The position numbers and the translations under genes are program-made. Shown here piece by piece: positions 9,672 through 17,945 of a DNA stretch of 64,000 nt. The DNA is taken from positions 305,714 through 369,713 of the forward strand of contig JACIXY010000001.1 of assembly GCA_014360195.1 (NCBI GenBank). Reading direction: 5' to 3'. Numbering within the stretch: position 1 is the first letter of the stretch; the number at the start of each line of letters is the position of its first letter. This DNA comes from Bacillota bacterium. GTDB lineage: Bacteria > Bacillota > SHA-98 > UBA4971. The notes beneath the pieces were generated by a model. That model had not been told where the DNA came from and searched no databases. It saw nothing but the letters and a program-made list of their open reading frames with translations.

Positions 9672-10177
9672 AGCATCTTCTCTTGCTCTGCGCTGGCACG
9701 CTCCTTGTTGTGCTCGAGACAACCGTGGCCCCGTTCGTGGCGATCCGGGGTGTGAAGCCGGATCTGGTGTTAGTCCTGGTGGTGCTTGTGGGAATGCTTT
9801 CCGGGTGGAAAGACGCGGCACTCGTCGGCCTTTTCACGGGCTTCATCGAAGATGCGTGTTCGGGGCAGTTCCTGGGGCTTTTCATGCTCACCCGCACGGT
9901 CGTGGGCATCGGGGCGGGCCTCTCATACGCGAGAGTGTTCCAGGACCGCGTCATCGTGCCGATTGCCCTGGTCTTCCTCGGTGGGGTCGTCGGAGGAGGG
10001 CTGCACAGCTTCCTGTTGTCGTCCTTCGGGGTACCTCTGCCACTTTCCTTGGCGACCTTTCGGGTGGTCCTGGTGCAGGCGCTGTACTCGGCGGTGCTTG
10101 CACCGATCCTTCTCAAGGGGGTCACCCGGCTAGACCTGTACGTGAGGCGGGCGTCCGAGCGCCGCCAGGCCCTCTAA
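9668..10177 (+). CDS. mreD: Rod shape-determining protein MreD
   Basis: Hydrophobic, KPDLVLV, GFIED motif, operon position. Confidence 0.9.
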   Translation: MKHLLLLCAGTLLVVLETTVAPFVAIRGVKPDLVLVLVVLVGMLSGWKDAALVGLFTGFIEDACSGQFLGLFMLTRTVVGIGAGLSYARVFQDRVIVPIALVFLGGVVGGGLHSFLLSSFGVPLPLSLATFRVVLVQALYSAVLAPILLKGVTRLDLYVRRASERRQAL

Positions 10178-10299
10178 GTTAGGGTGCGTTAATTCTTGTC
10201 CGTCTTCCAGTAGTCGCCGGGTTGCCAGTGACCCAAGGAGAGAGTGCAACACCGGCAACCCCTCCCAAGAGTCGGGAGCATTTCTGCACTCTCACTTAG
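10174..10299. repeat. Palindromic MITE-like element, short core, arms B/A (126 bp)
   Basis: CTAAGTTAGGGTGC...GCACTCTCACTTAG; core GGGTTGCCAGTG-ACCC-AAGGAGA-GAGT-GCAA-CACCGGCAACCC. Confidence 0.92.
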
Positions 10300-10347
10300 G
10301 CGCGGAGGCTTGCGCAAGAACGGCGGGAAGCGACCAGGGGGGAGATC

Positions 10348-12393
10348 ATGCCCGAATCCCCAGCGCAGAACAGGCTGAAACACCTTAGTTTCGTGGTCCT
10401 CGCGGTGCTCGTGGTTCTTGCTTCGCGTCTCTGGCACCTCCAGATCATGCGGGGCGACGTGTACGAGGCGTTGTCGCGGGGCAACAGGGTGCGCGTGATC
10501 CCGGTCCCGGCACCGAGAGGAAAGATACTCGACCGCCATGGCGTGCCCCTCGCAACCAGCCGCATGGCGTTTTCCGTGTCCATTGTGCCTCAAGACGTGC
10601 CTGACATGGAGGCAACGGTCGCGCGCCTTGCTTCCATCCTCGGCATATCCCCGGCGAACATCAGAGAAAAGCTCGCCGCCCCGAGGCGGCCTTTCGAGCC
10701 TGTGAGGCTCAAAACAGACGTGGACCCCGCCGTGGTGACGGCAATAGGCGAGCAGCGCACCGACCTTCCAGGGGTGGTCATCGAAGAGATCCCGGTGCGT
10801 AGCTACGTCTATGGTGACTTCGCAAGCCATCTCATCGGTTTCATAAGAGAGATCGATTCATCCGAGCTGAAGTTGTATAGAGACAAGGGCTACCGATCTG
10901 GCGACCTCATAGGCAAGGTGGGGGTCGAGAGGACCTTCGAGGAATACCTCCGCGGTGTCGATGGCGGGGAGCAGGTGGAAGTCAACAGCCTCTCTCAGCC
11001 CATCAAGGTGCTGGGAAGCCTTGCGCCCATCCCCGGAAACGACGTGGTGCTCACCATCGACCAGAAGGTCCAGGCCGCAGCCGAGCGCGCCCTCTCGGAG
11101 CAGTTGCAGGAGCTTTCCAAATCGCCGAAGACCAGGGGTGCAAAGGCCGGGGCGGTCATCGCCATGGACCCGAGAACCGGCGAGATACTTGCCATGACCA
11201 GCAAGCCTTCGTACGACCCCAACATGTTTGTCGGCGAGGTATCCGCCGAAGAGCTCAACTTTCTTTCATCAACGCCGAGCCCGCAACCGAACCGGGTGAC
11301 CAGCCACACCTATCCTCCAGGGTCGGCGTTCAAGGTCGTAACCGCGCTTGCGGCGCTCGAACGTCACAAGGTCACGATGGACGACAGGTTCGTATGCACC
11401 GGCCGCGACCCCCAGTCGGGGAAGATGTGCTGGACCGTCGAGCGCGGTAGGGGCCATGGCAAGCAGGACCTGGTCGCAGGGATCGCAAACTCGTGCAACA
11501 TCGTGTTCTACGAACTGGGGCGGCGAGTCGGCATCGACGATCTGGCGATGTACGCCAGGATGTTCGGCTTCGGGCGACCCACCGGGATTCAGCTCTTTCC
11601 AGGTGACGCATCAGGCCTTGTGCCTGACCGCGCCTGGAAACGGCTGAACTTCAAGGGTTACGATCAGATATGGTACCCAACGGAAACGCTCGATGTTGCC
11701 ATCGGACAGGGGGCCCTCCTCGTCACACCGCTCCAAGTCGCGAACGCGTACGCGACCATCGCCGCCGGCGGGATCATGCACGTGCCGATGGTCGCCCGGG
11801 CCGTGCTCACGCCCGACGGAAAGGTCATCCGCGAATTCGCGCCGAAAGTGGCCGGGAGCGTCAATGTATCCCGGGAGTCTTTTGACATCCTCAAGCAAGG
11901 ACTTGCAAAGGTCGTCTCGGAGGGCACCGCCGCCGGGGCTTTCAAGGGGTTCCCGGTTCCGGCGGCAGGCAAGACGGGCACCGCGCAGAACCCCAGGGGC
12001 GACAGCCACGGGTGGTTCGCGGGGTTCGCGCCTCTGGACGGCCCGGAGATAGTCGTCGTGGTCCTGGTGGAACACGGGACCAGCGGGTCGCTGGCCGCAG
12101 CGCCTGTCGCGAGAAAGGTGATGGAGGCATATTTCGGGCTCGACCAGAAACAGCCTGAAGCGCCAGGCTCCGGCACGGCTCCCGGACCGGCCGGGGACTC
12201 CCGGGACCAGGTCGTGCGTCCCGCCGATGAGACGGGCGGCACGATTCCAACACCTGGGACAAACCAGGAGGCGAAAGCCCCGGGTGAGGTGCCCGGTGAG
12301 TTGCCCGATGAGGTGCCCGACGGCTCGGCCGCCTCGCACCAGGGGCCCGGAGGCATCCCTTCACCTGAGGTTGGGCGGTTACCGGCCCCGTGA
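10348..12393 (+). CDS. mrdA: Penicillin-binding protein 2 (class B)
   Basis: PRGKILDR, SAFK (SxxK), SCN (SxN), KTGT; Pro/Gly-rich tail. Confidence 0.93.
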   Translation: MPESPAQNRLKHLSFVVLAVLVVLASRLWHLQIMRGDVYEALSRGNRVRVIPVPAPRGKILDRHGVPLATSRMAFSVSIVPQDVPDMEATVARLASILGISPANIREKLAAPRRPFEPVRLKTDVDPAVVTAIGEQRTDLPGVVIEEIPVRSYVYGDFASHLIGFIREIDSSELKLYRDKGYRSGDLIGKVGVERTFEEYLRGVDGGEQVEVNSLSQPIKVLGSLAPIPGNDVVLTIDQKVQAAAERALSEQLQELSKSPKTRGAKAGAVIAMDPRTGEILAMTSKPSYDPNMFVGEVSAEELNFLSSTPSPQPNRVTSHTYPPGSAFKVVTALAALERHKVTMDDRFVCTGRDPQSGKMCWTVERGRGHGKQDLVAGIANSCNIVFYELGRRVGIDDLAMYARMFGFGRPTGIQLFPGDASGLVPDRAWKRLNFKGYDQIWYPTETLDVAIGQGALLVTPLQVANAYATIAAGGIMHVPMVARAVLTPDGKVIREFAPKVAGSVNVSRESFDILKQGLAKVVSEGTAAGAFKGFPVPAAGKTGTAQNPRGDSHGWFAGFAPLDGPEIVVVVLVEHGTSGSLAAAPVARKVMEAYFGLDQKQPEAPGSGTAPGPAGDSRDQVVRPADETGGTIPTPGTNQEAKAPGEVPGELPDEVPDGSAASHQGPGGIPSPEVGRLPAP

Positions 12394-12493
12394 CGCGGCT
12401 TCCGGATGAACGTGCTGCCGGGTTGCGTCCGCCGCATGTTTTCCGTGGCGACGGGCAGGAATTGCGTTTTCCTCTGGTGAAAGTATTGTAGCA

Positions 12494-12619
12494 CTAGGTG
12501 AGGGTGCAGAAATGCTCCCGACTCTTGGGAGGGGTTGCCGGTGACTCAAAGAGAGAGTGCAACACCGGCAACCCGGCAACTACTGGAAGAGGGGCGAGAA
12601 CTAACGCACCCTTACTTAG
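12494..12619. repeat. Palindromic MITE-like element, short core, arms A/B (126 bp)
   Basis: CTAGGTGAGGGTGC...GCACCCTTACTTAG; core GGGTTGCCGGTG-ACTC-AAAGAGA-GAGT-GCAA-CACCGGCAACCC. Confidence 0.92.
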
Positions 12620-12665
12620 CCGTACCACCCGAATGGGGCTTTGGAGGAGGCGTGCGCGGCTGCCC

Positions 12666-13442
12666 ATGAAGACAGAGGATGTCATATTCAAGGGAACGAA
12701 ACGGGGCCTGTGCATCATCCTGCCCCACGACGAGGACTTCACAAGGCTCAAGGGGAAACTGGCGGATAAACTGGAGAAGACTTCGGGTTTCTTCGCTGGG
12801 GCGACCCGCGCCGTGCTGGATATCGGCGAGCTTGCTCTCTCCGAAGAGGATGTGGGTGAGCTGGTGAGTATAGTCGAATCGTTCGGCATGTCGGTCTCGC
12901 GGGTCGCCGGCGGAATCGGCCTGGCAACGGTGGCGGAGCCGCCGGCGGCGCGCTCTGCGCCGCCAGTGCCATCCAGGTCGGTGCCGCCTCACCAGCACCC
13001 GCAGGAACAGGAGCGGTCCTGCGGTCATGGTCGCGCAGGTGAGGCGGAGATTTCAGCCTGCGCGCGTAGCGAGACCCTCCTCGTCCGGAGGACCCTCCGG
13101 TCTGGTCAGCGCGCCGCCTTCGCTGGGAACGTCGTGGTGCTCGGCGACGTGAACCCCGGCGCTGAGGTGGTGGCTGGGGGGGATATCGTGGTTGTGGGTG
13201 CCTTGCGTGGGGTCGCCCACGCCGGGACGCCCGACAACAGGAGTGCCATAGTGGTTGCGCTCAGGTTCATGCCCACCCAGCTCCGGATCGCTGATGCCAT
13301 CGCAAGGCCTCCGGACGGCGAGAGCAAGGCCCCGCGGACCCCGGAGATGGCGCGAATCAAGGACGACCAGATAGTGATCGAGGCCTACTCTGCGAGAAAG
13401 GCCGAGCTGGAGGAGGAGCCTGCATGGAAGGAAGGGTTATAG
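12666..13442 (+). CDS. minC: Septum site-determining protein MinC
   Basis: VIFKGTKRGL, TLRSGQ, GDVNPGAEVVAGG, LRGVAHAG; ATG 12666 downstream of GGAGGAGG. Confidence 0.93.
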   Translation: MKTEDVIFKGTKRGLCIILPHDEDFTRLKGKLADKLEKTSGFFAGATRAVLDIGELALSEEDVGELVSIVESFGMSVSRVAGGIGLATVAEPPAARSAPPVPSRSVPPHQHPQEQERSCGHGRAGEAEISACARSETLLVRRTLRSGQRAAFAGNVVVLGDVNPGAEVVAGGDIVVVGALRGVAHAGTPDNRSAIVVALRFMPTQLRIADAIARPPDGESKAPRTPEMARIKDDQIVIEAYSARKAELEEEPAWKEGL

Positions 13443-14221
13443 TGGTCACCTCGGGCAAAGGAGGCGTGGGCAAGACCACCGCGGTCGCAAACATCGGGTG
13501 CGGCCTCGCCTCTCGGGGTAAGAAGGTGGCCCTGGTCGACGCTGACATCGGACTACGTAATCTCGACATCGTGCTCGGCCTGGAGAACAGGATCGTGTAT
13601 GACATCGTCCACGTGATCGAGGGCAAATGCCGGCTGCGGCAGGCCCTCATAAGGGACAAGCGGTTGCAGACGCTATTCCTGATGCCTGCGGCCCAGTCCA
13701 GAGACAAGGAAGCCGTGCAGCCGGAGCAGATGAAACAGCTCACCAGGACCCTCGCTCAGGAATTCGACTATGTCGTCATAGACTGCCCTGCCGGCATAGA
13801 AAGAGGGTTCAAGAACGCCATCGCCGGCGCGGATGAGGCTGTCATCGTGACTACGCCGGAGGTGTCTGCGGTGCGCGATGCCGACCGGATCGTCGGCCTC
13901 CTCGAGGCACAGGGTGTGAGCGGGCCCAAGCTTGTGATCAACAGACTCCGGCCGGAAATGGTGAAGCGCGGTGACATGCTCAACGTCGACGACGTGATAG
14001 ACATCCTTGCCATTGACCTCCTGGGGGTCGTTCCCGATGACGAGTCCGTGATCACCTCCACCAATAAAGGCGAGCCTGTGGTGCTCGACGGGGCCTCCAG
14101 GGCCGGGGAGGCGTTCAGGCGCATAGCCGCGAGGATCGATGGGGAGGATATCCCGTTCATGTCTCTGGAAGCCGGGGGCTTCTGGTCCAGGCTCAAGCGG
14201 TTTATTGGTGTGGGAAGGTAA
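13424..14221 (+). CDS. minD: Septum site-determining ATPase MinD
   Basis: SGKGGVGKTT, DADIGLRNLD, C-terminal amphipathic helix. Confidence 0.97.
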   Translation: MEGRVIVVTSGKGGVGKTTAVANIGCGLASRGKKVALVDADIGLRNLDIVLGLENRIVYDIVHVIEGKCRLRQALIRDKRLQTLFLMPAAQSRDKEAVQPEQMKQLTRTLAQEFDYVVIDCPAGIERGFKNAIAGADEAVIVTTPEVSAVRDADRIVGLLEAQGVSGPKLVINRLRPEMVKRGDMLNVDDVIDILAIDLLGVVPDDESVITSTNKGEPVVLDGASRAGEAFRRIAARIDGEDIPFMSLEAGGFWSRLKRFIGVGR

Positions 14222-14243
14222 CTCTGGGGGGAGGGGACGCGCC

Positions 14244-14552
14244 GTGTTCGACTTCATGTCACGAATCCTGGGCGGCAAGTCGAGGCCAGGCGGGCCAGGG
14301 AGCAAGAGCCTCGCGAAGGAGCGGCTCAAGCTCGCGCTGGCGTGCGACCGCGTCGATGTCTCCCCACAGATGTTCGAGGGTCTCCGCGTAGACCTTGCGA
14401 GGGCTGTCTCCAAGTACGTTGAGATCGACGAGGCAGGCGTGAAGCTCAAGTTCGATTCGTCCGACAGGAGGCTTGCGCTCGTGGCGAGCGTGCCTGTGAT
14501 CGGAATGAGACGGGGGAGCGAAGCGGCCCGCCGCAGCAAGGACAGAAGGTGA
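14244..14552 (+). CDS. minE: Cell division topological specificity factor MinE
   Basis: AKERLKLAL..DR, SKYVEID, LVASVP; GTG 14244 after GGAGG. Confidence 0.88.
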   Translation: MFDFMSRILGGKSRPGGPGSKSLAKERLKLALACDRVDVSPQMFEGLRVDLARAVSKYVEIDEAGVKLKFDSSDRRLALVASVPVIGMRRGSEAARRSKDRR

Positions 14553-14562
14553 GGGCACGTCG

Positions 14563-15681
14563 GTGCTCCTTGACAGGCGTCTTCTACGAAACCTCGACTA
14601 CTCGCTGGTCTTCGCGGTGCTAGCCCTCTGCCTCGTTGGGTTCGTGATCGTGTTCAGCGCGACGCGCGGCGGTATCGGTCCCGGGTCTCCGCAGGACCCG
14701 CTATACTTCGTCAAGAGGCAGGTTGCTGCCTTCATCCTCGGGACGCTGGCCTGCGCTGTCATCCTCACCACGGACTACAGGCTCGCGGAGAGGGCCCACC
14801 AGGTGCTGTACGTCGGCAATGTGGGCATGTTGGCGCTTGTGCTTGTAATGGGGCACAGGATCTCAGGAGCGCAGAGCTGGTTTAGGCTTGGCCCCGTCGC
14901 GCTGCAGCCGTCGGAGCTCGCGAAGGTAGCACTGATCCTGACCCTGGCCCATCATCTTTCTGAGGCTCACGACATAACCACTCATCGCGGGCTTGCGCTT
15001 GCGTTCCTGCACGCGGCTGTCCCTGCAGGGCTCGTGCTGCTTCAGAACGACCTGGGAACAGCCCTCGTGTTCTGTGGGATAACGTTTGCCATGCTTTACG
15101 TGGCGGGGGCGCGGGGGAAGGATCTCCTTGCTGTGGTTGGTGCCGGGGCACTCGCGTCGCCTGTCGTATTCTTCTTTCTCCTCAAGGACTACCAGCGGGC
15201 ACGGCTCTTGGCCTTCCTGAACCCATACGCCGACCCTACGGGTACAGGGTATAACGTCATCCAGTCCACCATCGCCATCGGATCCGGCAGGTTCTTTGGG
15301 AAGGGTCTGTTCCATGGCACGCAGGCGCAACTCAACTTCCTTCCGGCCCACCATACCGACTTCATTTTCTCGGTCATCGGAGAGGAGCTCGGTTTCATCG
15401 GAGCCGTGGCTGTGCTGACTTTGTACGGCCTGGTTCTGTGGCGCTGCCTGCATGCTGCGGCCTGCGCGAAGGACGCCTTCGGGCGGCTGGTCGCAACGGG
15501 CGTTGCCGCGATGTTGCTCTTTCACGTGCTGGTCAACGTGGGCATGACCATGAGCCTCATGCCCGTTACCGGCATCCCTCTGCCGTTCCTGAGCTACGGC
15601 GGTAGTTCGCTCATGGCCAACCTCGTCGCCATCGGGTTTGTCCTCGACGTCTACATGAGGCGGCAGAAGATCCTATTCTGA
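14563..15681 (+). CDS. rodA: Rod shape-determining protein RodA (SEDS)
   Basis: QPSELAK, DLGT, GYNVIQS, HTDFIFS, GIPLPFLSYGGSS. Confidence 0.95.
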   Translation: MLLDRRLLRNLDYSLVFAVLALCLVGFVIVFSATRGGIGPGSPQDPLYFVKRQVAAFILGTLACAVILTTDYRLAERAHQVLYVGNVGMLALVLVMGHRISGAQSWFRLGPVALQPSELAKVALILTLAHHLSEAHDITTHRGLALAFLHAAVPAGLVLLQNDLGTALVFCGITFAMLYVAGARGKDLLAVVGAGALASPVVFFFLLKDYQRARLLAFLNPYADPTGTGYNVIQSTIAIGSGRFFGKGLFHGTQAQLNFLPAHHTDFIFSVIGEELGFIGAVAVLTLYGLVLWRCLHAAACAKDAFGRLVATGVAAMLLFHVLVNVGMTMSLMPVTGIPLPFLSYGGSSLMANLVAIGFVLDVYMRRQKILF

Positions 15682-15707
15682 TCACCGCCATTTCCCACCT
15701 TTGGCTG

Positions 15708-15776
15708 TCGAGTGAAGGTTCGTTAGTTCCTCCCAGTTTGCCAACATGTCGGGAGCATTTCCGGACTCTCACGTGG
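15708..15776. repeat. Core-deleted, decayed copy of the palindromic element (arm C fused to arm A)
   Basis: GAGTGAAGGTTCGTTAGTTCCTCCCAGTTTGCCAACAT matches the left arm of the 36018 copy; GTCGGGAGCATTTC..ACTCTCAC matches the right arm of the 10174 copy. Confidence 0.75.
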
Positions 15777-15866
15777 CGGCCGGCTTCCCCCAGGACTGTG
15801 CCGTGCTGGCTGCTGGTCCCTGTGCATAGGGGGCGCCGGGTCACAATATACTCTTAACGTGGCGGG

Positions 15867-16931
15867 ATGGGGCTTTTCCATGAGAGGGGGAGCGCGATGC
15901 CGGCCAGGCTAGCCCGCGACGCCGCAATTTCGCTTCTGATCTTCGCTGTGGTCCTGGCGGTTACCAGGACCAACCTGGCGGTCGCGACAGCAGTAAGGCC
16001 CTACCTGGAGGCGGTTCTGACTCGCAGCACCAGCGTTGCGGAGATCGGCAGGACGGTACGGGATGCGGCCCTGGACCTTCTTACCTGGAACCCGTGGTCG
16101 CAAAAGCCCGTCGGCGCACGGAAAACGGTGGGAGATGACGAGCGAAGCGGAGCACGTTCCGGAGAGCTTGCAGGCGGAGGTCCCGACGACGCTCCCGAGG
16201 CCCCTGATATCTCCGAGCCTGCTGCGCTGTCCCTTGTACGCCTGCCTGAGGACGGCGGTGTGAAAGACTCCGCCCTCGCCGAAGACAAGAGTGTCGCCCT
16301 GAACGTGGCGGACCCGGTGACGAACCGGGGGCCTGGCGAGGCCCGGGCCCTGCCTCCACACGGGACCCGGATCGGCCCCCAGGCCGAGGGGGAGGGCGAG
16401 GTCGGCGCCGGGGCCGCACCTTCGCACCAGGGCGCCGGTGACGGCTCAGCCGGCGGGGGCCAGCAGAAGCTTGCCACACGCACGGCGCCAGCCAGCCTCA
16501 GGCCCGCGCCATCCACCCGTGACGGCGCGAAGCTGATAGCCCCGGCAAGCGGGCAGGTGACCTACGGGTTCGGTTACAGGATTCACCCGATCTACAGGAG
16601 GCGTCTCTTCCACGAGGGTATAGACATCGCCGCGCGCGCCGGCACCCCGATACGGGCAGCGGCCGCGGGGAAGGTCCTCCGCGCCGGTCCCTGCGGGACT
16701 TACGGCAAGATCGTGGAGCTGGACCATGGCGGTGGGGTCACCACCCTCTATGCCCACTGCTCGACGGTCCTTGTCAAACCGGGAGACGCCGTGCGCGCCG
16801 GGCAAAAGATCGCAGAGGTGGGCAGCACAGGCCTTTCCACCGGTCCGCACCTCCATTTCGAGGTTTCGGTGGATGGGAAACCCACGGACCCTTTCGCCTA
16901 CCTCGAAGGGGGCAGGCGTGACAGGTTGTGA
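15867..16931 (+). CDS. M23 family peptidase (SpoIVFA position)
   Basis: HEGID (HxxxD), YAHC, STGPHLHFE; N-terminal TM; directly upstream of spoIVFB. Confidence 0.88.
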   Translation: MGLFHERGSAMPARLARDAAISLLIFAVVLAVTRTNLAVATAVRPYLEAVLTRSTSVAEIGRTVRDAALDLLTWNPWSQKPVGARKTVGDDERSGARSGELAGGGPDDAPEAPDISEPAALSLVRLPEDGGVKDSALAEDKSVALNVADPVTNRGPGEARALPPHGTRIGPQAEGEGEVGAGAAPSHQGAGDGSAGGGQQKLATRTAPASLRPAPSTRDGAKLIAPASGQVTYGFGYRIHPIYRRRLFHEGIDIAARAGTPIRAAAAGKVLRAGPCGTYGKIVELDHGGGVTTLYAHCSTVLVKPGDAVRAGQKIAEVGSTGLSTGPHLHFEVSVDGKPTDPFAYLEGGRRDRL

Positions 16932-17800
16932 GGATCGCCCGCATCTACGGGATGGAGTTCCGGGTGAGCCCGTTCTTCCTCCTCCTGCTCCTTGCCTATG
17001 CCTCGGTTGGCCTGCTTCGCGAGACCCTTCTTGTGTTCTGGATCGTGCTCTTGCACGAGCTTGCCCACGTCGCCGTGGCGGGATGCTTTGGCATCCGCGC
17101 CGAGCGTGTCGAGCTGCTGCCCTTCGGCGGTGTCGCGTCGTTTTCCGAACCCCTCGTAGTGAGCCCGGCTCGAGAGGCTGTTATCGCCATCTCCGGCCCC
17201 ATCCATAACTTCGCCTTCGCGTTCCTCGCCGCCGCTCTGGAACGCAGCGGCTATGTCGCGAGCGGCCTTGCCCGGTTCCTGGTTGAGACGAACATCGCCA
17301 TTGGCCTGTTCAACCTTCTTCCCGGCATCCCCCTCGATGGAGGCCGCCTGCTCCGGGCCGCCCTGGTCCCCCGCATGGGGCCGGTAAAGGCCTCTGGGTT
17401 GGCTGCCGCCGTCGGGCGCCTGGTCGGCCTGGGCGTGCTCGTAGCGGGAGGAGCCCTCGCGTATCTTGGGCGGTGCAACGTGCTGGTCCCTGTCCTTGGG
17501 GGGTTCCTCGTGTTTGCGGCATCGCGGGAGGCCCGCATGGTATCCTGGGCCAGGGTGAGGGACACTCTCAGGAAGAAACGCGAGTTCCTTGCGGCAGGCA
17601 CCATGGTCGTGCATCTCCTTGCGGCTCACGAGACAGCGCTGCTTGGGGATGTGGCGCGACGGTTCGTCCCTGGGAAGCTCAACGTGGTGGTGGTGTTTGA
17701 CAGGGAACTCGCGATCCGGGGGCTGGCAACCGAGGTGGACGTCCTGAGGGCCATGACCCAGCACGGCCCGGACGCCCCCGTGAGAACCGTGGCACCGTGA
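16928..17800 (+). CDS. spoIVFB: M50 intramembrane metalloprotease, SpoIVFB-like
   Basis: HELAH, PFGG, FNLLPGIPLDGG, C-terminal CBS-like region. Confidence 0.85.
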   Translation: MRIARIYGMEFRVSPFFLLLLLAYASVGLLRETLLVFWIVLLHELAHVAVAGCFGIRAERVELLPFGGVASFSEPLVVSPAREAVIAISGPIHNFAFAFLAAALERSGYVASGLARFLVETNIAIGLFNLLPGIPLDGGRLLRAALVPRMGPVKASGLAAAVGRLVGLGVLVAGGALAYLGRCNVLVPVLGGFLVFAASREARMVSWARVRDTLRKKREFLAAGTMVVHLLAAHETALLGDVARRFVPGKLNVVVVFDRELAIRGLATEVDVLRAMTQHGPDAPVRTVAP

Positions 17801-17945
17801 GAACCAACACCTGGATGTTCCCGTAGCGCAGGCGGGTGGAATCTGATAGAATGTGGTCGGATGGCCGACGTCCCGGGTGGTTTCGGGCGCCGGCATGTGT
17901 GAATACTATGGCTGGTGTGATAGTGTATACCCGGTGGGACGGTGC

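Noticed and set aside
10174-10299. Elements as integron attC sites (palindromic, overlap stop codons, bulged bases)
   Set aside because: Ends are TAAG/CTTA rather than RYYYAAC/GTTRRRY, the flanking genes are core operon genes rather than cassettes, and there is no integrase
12543-12563. Short core ACTC-N7-GAGTGCAA as a CIRCE operator
   Set aside because: The left half lacks TTAGC and the spacer is 7 rather than 9; the true CIRCE is at 41856-41882
12498-12665. N-terminal extensions of minC (12498), comEC (27707), apbE (4681) and obgE (23679) in the ORF track
   Set aside because: These are read-through of repeats or spacers (recurrent ECNTGNP/PSATPAT peptides); better RBS-backed starts lie downstream
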